A stretch of 32,000 nt of DNA from Flavobacteriaceae bacterium (GTDB lineage Bacteria; Bacteroidota; Bacteroidia; Flavobacteriales; Flavobacteriaceae): positions 300,001 to 332,000 of the forward strand of contig OZ245049.1 of assembly GCA_965224465.1 (NCBI GenBank). Direction: 5' to 3'. Made by a program: the position numbers and the translations under genes. A model generated the notes under the pieces. That model was not told the DNA's origin, did no database searches, and worked only from the letters and a program-made list of their open reading frames with translations. Every line of letters starts with the position of its first letter. Position 1 is the stretch's first letter. Shown here piece by piece: positions 1 through 7,918 of this stretch.

Positions 1-1688
1 AAATTAAAAAAGAAAGAAAAATTGTAAACAATGAAATAGAGAATTCAAAATCATATAACAAAAAAGGAGAATTACTAAATACAATTCGTTATAAGAATGG
101 ATCTCCATTTGAAGGAGTAAGTGATTGTTTTATCAACTATAAAAATGGAAAGAGAATTGGAAAAACTCTTTACTATGAAAATACGAATATACCTGCGTAC
201 ATTAGTAAATGTACAAAAGAAGTTTGTTACAATTGGAATACAGAAACCTACTATAATAGAGATGGATCTATTCTACAAGAAAACAAGAAACAAGAATTAA
301 AAGAAGGTAAGGAAATCGAATATTATAAAACAGATATTTGTGGTTATGTTAAATCCATAAAATCTTTTAAAACTTTTAAGAATGGGCACTTAAACGGACC
401 ATTTGTTAGGTATGATTTAAATAAGAATGTATTATATAAAGGTAACTATAAAGATTCACAGCCTCAGAATGGAACTTTTGAGCTGTCAAAATTAAGTTTA
501 ACTTTTATTTCAGAATATAAAAATGGAAGAAAAAATGGACTGGAATTTGTTATAAATAAGGGAAAGAAAATAGCAGAAGGCGTTTATCTAAATGGAAAAA
601 GACAAACGGGTACTTTTGTTGAAGAAAGACGATTCACTAATCAGTTTAAAATACCAATTATAATAAACCTAATAAACGGGGTTGAAGAAGGCAAACAAAA
701 ATACTACAATGCGGCAAGAGATATGACGATGGGTTATTATCATGCTAAAAAAGGTAAAAAAAACGGTGCTTACGCTGTTTTTGATTACAATAAAAATTTG
801 ATAGCCGAAGCCACGTATAAAAACGGAAAACCTTATGATGGTACTGTTATGAATAATAGGAAGCAACGTTTATATAAAAACGGAGAACGGTTAAGAGAAA
901 ATACGCATATAGATTTAGTAGAAATAGATAGAATGCACGCTTTTACTAAAGGTTCTGATAAAATTGAAGGATCTTATAATATGGGAGGTTTTGAAATGGC
1001 AGGTGCGATTGTTTTTTTAGATACCTACCAATTTTTATATTCTTTAAGTGTTGGAAGCTTAGATCTAGTTGCTTATGGTGCATACCATATAAAAAATGGA
1101 AAACTAACATTAAAAGTTCCTGAAGAACAGAAGCAAGCATATGTAGTTTATGGAAGAAAGGATCCAAATTTAAAAGATTCTATCCAAATTAGTTACTATA
1201 ATTATAATGCTAGAAGCAAACCATTAATTCAATTAAATAAGCAGTGGTACGCTATTGGTGACCCAAAACAACAGCAAGGAAGGATAAGAGAAAGGCGAGG
1301 TGCTGATAGTTTTAAAATAGGTATTAAAAAACTGTCATCTATGAATATAGGACTTAAAAAAGAGCGTCATAATAAATCTGACATAGTTTTAAAAAGTGTA
1401 CTAAAAACGGAAACGGTAAAAGATTATAATAATTTTATTATAGCTTATCATACAACAAATAGAGAAATTACGGAATTGGAGAAAAGTACCTTCTCTATTA
1501 AAGAAGGAAATATAATTAATGGTAAAAAGAAAAGAACAATCACCGAAGAAGAAAAGGAAAATGTCTTAGACTATATTATAGAAAACAAATCTTTTCCATA
1601 CAATATTAAGAGTAATACATTTCAAAAAATAAAGCTTTATTCGAGACAAAGTAATAAAAAAATCAAGAAGTATCTCCAACTAAATTAA
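1..1688 (+). CDS. 5'-truncated (window edge) repeat protein with MORN-variant/YwqK-like YKNG repeats plus an unassigned ~300-aa C-terminal region
   Basis: Frame 3 is open from base 3 to the TAA at 1686-1688, so the listed ATG at 723 is internal. The upstream translation carries recurring YxNGxxxG units (RYKNGSPFEG, NYKNGKRIGK, EYKNGRKNGL, TYKNGKPYDG, LYKNGERL). A hairpin terminator follows. Confidence 0.6.
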   Translation, partial: IKKERKIVNNEIENSKSYNKKGELLNTIRYKNGSPFEGVSDCFINYKNGKRIGKTLYYENTNIPAYISKCTKEVCYNWNTETYYNRDGSILQENKKQELKEGKEIEYYKTDICGYVKSIKSFKTFKNGHLNGPFVRYDLNKNVLYKGNYKDSQPQNGTFELSKLSLTFISEYKNGRKNGLEFVINKGKKIAEGVYLNGKRQTGTFVEERRFTNQFKIPIIINLINGVEEGKQKYYNAARDMTMGYYHAKKGKKNGAYAVFDYNKNLIAEATYKNGKPYDGTVMNNRKQRLYKNGERLRENTHIDLVEIDRMHAFTKGSDKIEGSYNMGGFEMAGAIVFLDTYQFLYSLSVGSLDLVAYGAYHIKNGKLTLKVPEEQKQAYVVYGRKDPNLKDSIQISYYNYNARSKPLIQLNKQWYAIGDPKQQQGRIRERRGADSFKIGIKKLSSMNIGLKKERHNKSDIVLKSVLKTETVKDYNNFIIAYHTTNREITELEKSTFSIKEGNIINGKKKRTITEEEKENVLDYIIENKSFPYNIKSNTFQKIKLYSRQSNKKIKKYLQLN

Positions 1689-1690
1689 AG

Positions 1691-1718
1691 CGTAGGTTTA
1701 AGTAACCTACGTTTAAAA
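1691..1718 (+). terminator. Rho-independent terminator candidate
   Basis: Perfect 8-bp stem CGTAGGTT (1691-1698) / AACCTACG (1704-1711) with a 5-nt loop, followed by TTTAAAA, 3 nt after the stop codon. Confidence 0.55.
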
Positions 1719-1869
1719 TGGTTACACATTTTAATTGAATACCATATCTGAAATTTAGAGACTTCTCAAATCAACTATTTTTGAAACCTAATTAACAGAA
1801 GTATTATAACCTAAGAACTGCAACATCAAAACCTGAAAATAATTCTTAAAAAGCAAAAAAAGTAAAGGA

Positions 1870-2044
1870 CTGCCATACCAAGTTTTTATGCAGTACATAG
1901 CAGCACGCATAAATATGCTGTTTCCGATGCCAACTAAAAGAGAATACTATGGGATTGCATGTAATTTAGAGGCTGTCGACAATTGACCTTGGCAGCTTCC
2001 CTCCTATTTTAGGTGTTTTATTATCACACACTTTTGTACGGATT
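1870..2044 (+). repeat. Intergenic repeat family R2, copy 1
   Basis: Aligns along its length with 10650-10831 in the same orientation. Shared blocks are CAACTAAAAGAGAATRCTATGGGATTGCRTGTAATT and AGCTTCCCTCCTATTTTA. Contains a conserved hairpin at 1971-1997. Confidence 0.6.
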
Positions 2045-2058
2045 ATTGTACGGTTGTT

Positions 2059-2183
2059 ATACCATAACAATCCAAAACAACGGTTATAAATACTATGATA
2101 GCAAGGTAATCTTAGATTTTACGCCTAGCTAAATCAAAAAATAATTCCATTTCTAAACCGTCACTTGAAAATGTTTTTGGTAT
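2059..2183 (+). repeat. MITE-like inverted-repeat element R1, copy A
   Basis: Left end ATACCATAACAATCCAAAACAACGG. Right end core AATAATTCCATTTCTAAACCGTCACTTGAAAATGTTTTTGGTAT. Same architecture as eight other copies. Confidence 0.75.
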
Positions 2184-2200
2184 AAGATCTTATATTTTAT

Positions 2201-2239
2201 GACTATATATATAGTTTTACGACTATAAACATAGTCGTA
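2201..2239. promoter_or_regulatory. Two adjacent palindromes, candidate BlaI-family operators
   Basis: TACGACTAT-AAAC-ATAGTCGTA (2218-2239) has perfect 9-bp arms. GACTATA-TA-TATAGTT (2201-2216) has 6/7 arms and shares the half-site GACTATA. Both lie 27-65 nt upstream of the repressor ATG. A TAnnTTTG-like box (TATATTTG, 2254-2261) sits between them and the start codon. Confidence 0.5.
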
Positions 2240-2265
2240 ACTAAAAAAAGTTATATATTTGTCGA

Positions 2266-2649
2266 ATGAATAACCTAACAAAAGCAGAAGAACAAGTAAT
2301 GCAATATATATGGAAGCTGGAAAAATCCTTCCTTAAAGACATTGTGGAACAGTTTCCAGAACCAAAACCTGCATATACTACAATATCCACTGTAGTAAGA
2401 GTTTTAGTTCGAAAAGAGTTTTTAAAATACAATTCGTTCGGAAAAATAAGACAATATTACGCGACAATTTCAAAGGAAAAATATTTTAGCCGTCACATTA
2501 AGGAAGTAGTAAATAAATTTTTTAGTGGCTCATCAAATAATCTAGCATTATTCTTTGCAGAAAATGAGGACCTGAACCTTACTGAATTAGAAAAAATGAA
2601 GCAATTAATAGCGGATAAAATAGAAATACTAAAAGAAAATAATGACTAA
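2266..2649 (+). CDS. BlaI/MecI/CopY-family transcriptional repressor
   Basis: 127 aa. N-terminal winged-helix pattern (LTKAEEQVMQYIW...KDIVEQF...AYTTISTVVRVLVRKEFL) typical of penicillinase-repressor family proteins. Overlaps the downstream M56 gene by 8 nt (ATGACTAA). Confidence 0.9.
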   Translation: MNNLTKAEEQVMQYIWKLEKSFLKDIVEQFPEPKPAYTTISTVVRVLVRKEFLKYNSFGKIRQYYATISKEKYFSRHIKEVVNKFFSGSSNNLALFFAENEDLNLTELEKMKQLIADKIEILKENND

Positions 2650-3958
2650 CTTTTTAACATATATAGTTCAAGTAACATTGGTTTTTTCGTTGTTTTTTCT
2701 ATTTTATAGAATAGCGTTGAGCAGGCTTACATTCCACACAATAAATAGGTGGTTTTTGTTGTCATTAATTCCTCTTTCATTTTTACTACCTTTAATTAAT
2801 AGATTGTTTCCTTCAATTTCTCAAGTGATAATTGATATTCCTTTGTATGAAAGTATCGGATTTAATGCTATCGATAATTTTAAGATTAAAGATAATTTAA
2901 TATCGAATTTCACAATAAATTATGGGGCAATATTATCAATTATATATTGGCTCGGAGTAATTTTCAGTTTGACAAAATTAGTTCTAAATATAGCAAGATT
3001 AGTTTTGAAAAAACAAAAGGCAACAATTTGTCAAAAGAAAGGATATAAACTTATCATCACTAAAAACTCACAAATATTTGCGTTTTTTAAATGGGTATTT
3101 GTGCCATTAAAACAACCAGATACTATTATTATTGAGCACGAAAAGGCACATATTAAGTTAAAACATTCTATTGATATTATACTTGCAGAAGTATTCATTG
3201 CATTCTTTTGGTTCAATCCTTTTGTATATTTATATAGAAAAGCACTAAAATCTGTCCACGAATTTCAGGCGGATAATAGCGTGTTAAAGAAACAGGTTAA
3301 GACCTCGCAATACCTACAAGTGTTATTGCAAAACCTTGATATTAAAAATCCAAATACCATTTATAGTTATTTTAATTACCACATTTTAAAAAAAAGAATA
3401 GATATGATTACAAAAACCAAATCAACACAGTTAGCAAAATTGAAATACTTAATTTTAGTACCTGTTTGTGCTTTATTATTAGTCGCATTTACAAAACCAA
3501 CAATAAAAGGTATTCCAATAATAAGTGAAATAAATTCCTTTGTTTTAAGTAGCAGTTTGCCTTCTTTATTCCCCATAAAGAATATGACAAAAGAAGATAT
3601 TACTTCATTTTTTGGAGTAAAAAGTAAACATAACAAAAATAAAAAAGAATTAATCCATGGAGGAATTGACATCAAAGCGAGTACAGGAACTCCTGTTATT
3701 GCAACTGCAAATGGAACAATTTCTAAAGCAGCGATAAAAGGAGGTTGGGGAAATTTAATTATCATCTCGCATTCTGATGGTTACCAAACTTGGTACGCAC
3801 ATTTAAAGGATTTTAATGTTAAAGAAAATCAGACCGTTAAAAAAGGGGCTATAATTGGCTATGTTGGTACTACCGGACTTTCTACTAGTTCTCATCTACA
3901 TTATGAGGTGATACACAACGGTAAAAGAGTAAATCCGATAGATTATATAACAGAATAA
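2642..3958 (+). CDS. BlaR1-like M56 membrane metalloprotease fused to a C-terminal M23 (LytM-type) peptidase domain
   Basis: 438 aa with N-terminal TM helices. HEKAH zinc motif (aa 166-170, nt 3137-3151) followed by WFNPF, as in M56/BlaR1. A further TM helix lies at about aa 268-283. The C-terminal part carries M23 motifs HGGID (aa 339-343) and SHLHYE (aa 417-422). Confidence 0.9.
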   Translation: MTNFLTYIVQVTLVFSLFFLFYRIALSRLTFHTINRWFLLSLIPLSFLLPLINRLFPSISQVIIDIPLYESIGFNAIDNFKIKDNLISNFTINYGAILSIIYWLGVIFSLTKLVLNIARLVLKKQKATICQKKGYKLIITKNSQIFAFFKWVFVPLKQPDTIIIEHEKAHIKLKHSIDIILAEVFIAFFWFNPFVYLYRKALKSVHEFQADNSVLKKQVKTSQYLQVLLQNLDIKNPNTIYSYFNYHILKKRIDMITKTKSTQLAKLKYLILVPVCALLLVAFTKPTIKGIPIISEINSFVLSSSLPSLFPIKNMTKEDITSFFGVKSKHNKNKKELIHGGIDIKASTGTPVIATANGTISKAAIKGGWGNLIIISHSDGYQTWYAHLKDFNVKENQTVKKGAIIGYVGTTGLSTSSHLHYEVIHNGKRVNPIDYITE

Positions 3959-4031
3959 AAACCTATTCTAGAATAAAACAACCCCATTTTTACGAGTACT
4001 ATATATCCTCTATTTTATACAGAACAGGATA

Positions 4032-4192
4032 ATACCAATTACAATCCAAAATAACCGATTTAAATAGTTTGTTATACGTTCTAGCTTTGTTAAAAAACAG
4101 AACGATAGCTAGGCTTTCCTTAGTTAGCCTAGACTAACTAAAACAAAAAATAATTCCTTTTCTAAACCGTTACTAGGAAATGTATTTGGTAT
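4032..4192 (+). repeat. MITE-like element R1, copy B (most complete)
   Basis: The ends ATACCAATTACAATCCAAAATAACCGATTTAAA and the reverse complement of TTCTAAACCGTTACTAGGAAATGTATTTGGTAT match at about 23/33 positions by eye. Central hairpin CTAGGCT...AGCCTAG. Confidence 0.8.
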
Positions 4193-4380
4193 ATGTATGC
4201 TCAAAATCCATTTTATGCATATATAATCCCTTTAGTCTCCATTTATTATACTTATAATAGATTATAATAGATGGGAATGGCATATTTAAAAAATAGAATG
4301 GCAAGCGAGAACACCACAATTTAACATGTCATTTATTTATAAAATTAAAGCAAAACAATTCGATAATTTCTAAATTTTAA

Positions 4381-4443
4381 ATGAAACAAAAAATGAAATA
4401 TATTTTTATAACGCTCACATTATTTATAACAACCAATTTAATT
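4381..4443 (+). pseudogene. Possible N-terminal stub (signal/anchor peptide MKQKMKYIFITLTLFITTNLI) of a gene cut by the IS66 insertion
   Basis: An ATG ORF with a hydrophobic N-terminus runs straight into the presumed IS66 left end (GTATCCGTCCGACC at about 4444) and stops at 4485. Confidence 0.3.
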
Positions 4444-4501
4444 GTATCCGTCCGACCATCCCCATATTTTTTAGTGGAAAAATAGCTTCTATTTTTGACG
4501 C

Positions 4502-4810
4502 ATGAGAAAAAACGAAGAAAAACGAGCCTATATGACAGCTGTTGTTTCCGATTGGAAGTTGAGTGATTTAACCTTGGAAGATTATTGTAAAAGTCATAAA
4601 ATTACACTTTGTAAATTTAGGTACTGGAATAAGAAATTGACCTCCAAAAATGCCAGTGGATTTTCAAAGGTTGAACTTATTGATGCTCCTATTGAAAACA
4701 GCAGAAATTCTATTTTAGATAGTTTTAAAATCGAGTATCCAACAGGTGTAAATTTGGTCATTAACAAAGAGATTACACTTATCGATTTACAAAATTTAAT
4801 TCATTTGTAA
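4502..4810 (+). CDS. tnpA: IS66-family accessory protein TnpA (Orf1)
   Basis: 102 aa with an HTH-like segment (SDLTLEDYCKSHKITLCKFRYWNKKL). Lies immediately upstream of IS66 Orf2, with stop and start 1 nt apart. Confidence 0.7.
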   Translation: MRKNEEKRAYMTAVVSDWKLSDLTLEDYCKSHKITLCKFRYWNKKLTSKNASGFSKVELIDAPIENSRNSILDSFKIEYPTGVNLVINKEITLIDLQNLIHL

Positions 4811-4811
4811 T

Positions 4812-5153
4812 ATGCTAAATCTTTCAAGTGAACTTGATTTTCATCTGTACCTAGAACCCACAGATATGCGTAAAGGATTTAATGGTTTGTCAGGTGTTAT
4901 CCGTAATAATTTAGAAGAGGATCCTAGTAATGGAGCTGTTTTTATCTTCATAAATAAACCTCGAAACAAAATAAAACTATTGCATTGGCAAGCAGGTGGA
5001 TTTGTACTGTATTATAAACGATTGGAACGAGGTACTTTTGAACTTCCGGTGTATGATAATCTGAAAGGAAGTATACAAATGAAATACAGCCAAATGGTGA
5101 TGCTTCTTGATGGACTGTCTATAAAAAACATCCAACAAAGGAAACGTTATTAA
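4812..5153 (+). CDS. tnpB: IS66-family accessory protein TnpB (Orf2)
   Basis: 113 aa with the characteristic IS66 Orf2 pattern: PTDMRKGFNGLSGVI...VFIFINKPRNKIKLLHWQAGGFVLYYKRLERGTFELP. Confidence 0.9.
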   Translation: MLNLSSELDFHLYLEPTDMRKGFNGLSGVIRNNLEEDPSNGAVFIFINKPRNKIKLLHWQAGGFVLYYKRLERGTFELPVYDNLKGSIQMKYSQMVMLLDGLSIKNIQQRKRY

Positions 5154-5221
5154 TGTCTTTTTACAGGTAAAAAACCTAATAAAACCAGGCTGTTCATGTA
5201 TATTTTTCGTATATTTAATGT

Positions 5222-5385
5222 ATGGAAAAAGACTTAGAACAGCTATCAAAAAAAGCACTTATAGCCCTATTACAGGAGGCTAATTCTAAGTCAGATTTAC
5301 TTATCAAAAAGACAAATTCTCTTAGCTCAAAGAATGAGTTACTTAATACAAAGACAAGTTCTCTTAGCGCAAAGAATGAGTTACT
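5222..5385 (+). pseudogene. Truncated IS66 transposase (tnpC) N-terminal coiled-coil stub
   Basis: Leucine-zipper-like start (LEQLSKKALIALLQEANSK...) in the position expected for tnpC. The reading frame runs into the IS4-family inverted repeat at 5386 and ends at 5422 inside that element. Confidence 0.5.
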
Positions 5386-6961
5386 TACTCAAGTTTCGCA
5401 CCCATCATTTACAGGTGTTTAAGTAAAAATAAATAGCATGAAAACCAAGGTAATCCCCTGGTTTTATTGTACTTTTAAGTACGAACAAGAAAGTACAAAA
5501 CATGCTAGAACACGAAGATATCACAAAAACACAGGAGATAAAAGGAAAATTTAATAAGATTTGGCTTAGTTCAGAATACCTACAAGCACATCTAAATATT
5601 TTAGGATTCAATAAAATTAAAAACAAGTTTAGTTGGTGTAAGAAATCGGGGATTTCATTCGGTAATTTAATCTCTACACTTTTAATTTTACCTATTATCG
5701 GATTTGATTCTATTCATGGACTTACAAGTAGTAAAGACAAGGGATTAGGTCAGTCGGGTAAAGATTCATACTATCGAATCCTAGCAAATCAAAAGATAAA
5801 TTGGAGGGTTTTTCTAGCTCAGTTTGTGAAGCAATATCTATTAAAAGAAGAGTTCTTTACTCCATCTCAAGACGCTACAAAGTGCTTGATCTTTGACGAT
5901 ACTGATCTTTCTAAAACAGGAAAGACAATTGAAGGTGTTTCAAAAATATACAACCATGTGTCAAAAACGTATTACCTAGGCTTTAAGCTACTTGTAGCTG
6001 GTTATTGGAATGGAAGTGTATTTATCCCTGTTGACTTTAGTTTGCATCGTGAAAGTAAAACATCAAAATTAAAATACGGTCTAACGGCGAAGCAACGTAG
6101 GCTTCAAAAGAAAACTCCAAGATGTAGTAAAACAATTGCAGCAAAGAGGTATCAGGAACTCAATAAAAAGAAAACAGACCTGCTAGTTCAAATGTTCTCA
6201 AGGCTTGTAAAACGTAAAATCCCCATAGATTACATCTTAATAGACACCTGGTTTACAAGTGTTAAATTACTTAGAAAGCTACGGAACATTAGTAGTTCAA
6301 CTCATATTATTGGGATGTATAAATACAACAGTAAGATTGAAGTTCGATCAAAGATAAAAACGTTGTCACAACTCAAAAAACAGAAAATAAAACCAAAACG
6401 ATGCCGTAAATTCAATTATTACTACCATCATTACATAACTGAAATTGATGGTCTTAAGGTTGCTGTATTTATTTCAAAACGTGGAAAGAATGGCAAATGG
6501 CACACGTTAATATCAACGGATACAACACTGAAATTTGTAAAGGCTATTGAAATATACAGTATCAGATGGTCCATAGAAGTGTTTTTTAAAGAAGCTAAGC
6601 AGTTGTTTGGTCTTGGAAAATGTCAGTCTACTAATTTCGATATTCAAATCGCACAAATAAGCATTATAATGGTTCAATATTTACTCACCAGTATTCGATA
6701 TAGAATGGAAGCCTACGAAACTATAGGAGGCTTGTTTAAAGATTTAAAACAAGATTATATAGAGAATAAGCTAAACATCAGGATATTAGCAGTTATCAGC
6801 TTGGTGATTGACATTTTGGAAAAGATGATTGAATCTATTGATGTTGAAATGGTTACACGTAAAATAATAGCGAATATTGAAGATTTTGGATTCCTAGTGA
6901 ATACCCACAAGCTTAACTATCAAGAGGTTGCGTAAATCTATCTAAGTGCGAAACTTGAGTA
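5386..6961 (+). mobile_element. Complete IS4-family insertion sequence (1576 bp)
   Basis: Perfect 16-bp terminal inverted repeats TACTCAAGTTTCGCAC at 5386-5401 and, reverse-complemented, at 6946-6961. A single transposase ORF lies inside. No direct repeat of flanking sequence is visible. Confidence 0.85.
5502..6935 (+). CDS. IS4-family DDE transposase
   Basis: 477 aa. DDE context LIFDDTDLSKTGK, ILIDTWFTS. The Y-2-R-3-E-6-K signature (YSIRWSIEVFFKEAK) is diagnostic of the IS4 family. Confidence 0.9.
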   Translation: MLEHEDITKTQEIKGKFNKIWLSSEYLQAHLNILGFNKIKNKFSWCKKSGISFGNLISTLLILPIIGFDSIHGLTSSKDKGLGQSGKDSYYRILANQKINWRVFLAQFVKQYLLKEEFFTPSQDATKCLIFDDTDLSKTGKTIEGVSKIYNHVSKTYYLGFKLLVAGYWNGSVFIPVDFSLHRESKTSKLKYGLTAKQRRLQKKTPRCSKTIAAKRYQELNKKKTDLLVQMFSRLVKRKIPIDYILIDTWFTSVKLLRKLRNISSSTHIIGMYKYNSKIEVRSKIKTLSQLKKQKIKPKRCRKFNYYYHHYITEIDGLKVAVFISKRGKNGKWHTLISTDTTLKFVKAIEIYSIRWSIEVFFKEAKQLFGLGKCQSTNFDIQIAQISIIMVQYLLTSIRYRMEAYETIGGLFKDLKQDYIENKLNIRILAVISLVIDILEKMIESIDVEMVTRKIIANIEDFGFLVNTHKLNYQEVA

Positions 6962-7137
6962 CCTAATAAATTTACAACTGGATATGGAATAAACGGTATG
7001 GTATTTAGCCTCTATAAAAATGGAAAACCAATTATAGAAAGCCCTAAAACTAACCTGATGCTACTTGTTTTTGGAGCACTTATTGTAATCATTTTTGTAT
7101 TTCCAATACTTGGCTTTTTAATGGGGCTATTCAATTA
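6959..7137 (+). pseudogene. C-terminal remnant of a YKNG-repeat, membrane-anchored protein
   Basis: A frame without a start codon opens directly at the IS4 right end: ...GINGMVFSLYKNGKPIIESPKTNLMLLVFGALIVIIFVFPILGFLMGLFN*. The YKNGKP unit resembles the repeats of the first gene. It has a C-terminal TM helix. Confidence 0.4.
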
Positions 7138-7484
7138 AGCCGGATTATAAACAACTAGTAATAGCTCACAAGAACGCATACAAAATAGCGGACAGACTTC
7201 TAAACTCCAAAGTACTGTTATAGGGATAAAGGCCACTAACAGTAAGATTTGATATTTGGATAAGCGTTGATCTATAAAATTAGTTTTTTTAACCATCCTG
7301 TGATTTATTACACGAAACGTTATGTTAGTTTTATCAAAACAATACATAATCTAACATTTGATCTTCATCCAATTCATTGAGTTGGTTGTTAAAACGAATT
7401 CTCTTATGCACCAAATACCTGCTGTAATTATTGACTGCATTGTCTACGTTCCCACGCTAATTCATGCGACCAACCGTTTTAAAA

Positions 7485-7642
7485 ACACCAACTACATTTA
7501 GAAGAAACGTTTTAGAAATGGAATTGCATTTTGTTTTAGCTAGGTGGGAAATGGATGGATAACCATAGCTATCATTCTGTGTTTCAATAAAGATAAGCGT
7601 AAAACAAACTATTTATATCGTTCATTTTGAATTGTGTGGTAT
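7485..7642 (-). repeat. MITE-like element R1, copy C (inverted orientation)
   Basis: Reads ACACCAACTACATTTAGAAGAAACGTTTTAGAAATGGAATT ... CATTTTGAATTGTGTGGTAT on the + strand, which is the reverse complement of the R1 architecture. Confidence 0.7.
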
Positions 7643-7918
7643 AAAATCATGGATTATTTAAATGCAGGAATACCTTTATATGTTTTTTCTAGGATAGTTC
7701 CTTTTTTTTTAGTAATATGATAAGGTATTTCCAATTTTATGTAGAATAAGAGCGGAAAACCTAACTTTAACTCAACATAGACTAAAATTAATGCTCCCCT
7801 TTAGTCCTACTGATATTAGTTCTAGGTATTGGCAGTTGTTAATGTACACGCATTTAGAAAGATATTAAACTATAAATGAATACGCTAACTTATGGATTAA
7901 ACATTTTAATTTTAAGGA

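Larger units (their letters stand above)
4444..5385 (+). mobile_element. IS66-family element, right part missing (tnpA, tnpB and first ~55 codons of tnpC only)
   Basis: Canonical IS66 three-ORF order. The left end starts GTA..CG like IS66 inverted repeats. I found no matching right inverted repeat in the window. It is truncated at the IS4-family insertion. Confidence 0.65.

Noticed and set aside
2140-2183. R1 right end as an outward-facing promoter (TGTATTTG resembles the Bacteroidota -7 box TAnnTTTG)
   Set aside because: The motif deviates at the conserved A. Distances to downstream starts vary from 83 to 280 nt. Several copies face gene 3' ends. No consistent relationship was found.
5222-5422. 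66-aa coiled-coil ORF as an independent small gene
   Set aside because: Its position and leucine-zipper character match the N-terminus of IS66 TnpC. Its last 12 codons are read from the inserted IS4-family end, so it is a truncation product.
7135-7347. 70-codon minus-strand ORF after the IS cluster
   Set aside because: No family resemblance. It overlaps the stop of the gene remnant on the other strand, and it sits in decayed DNA next to the IS.
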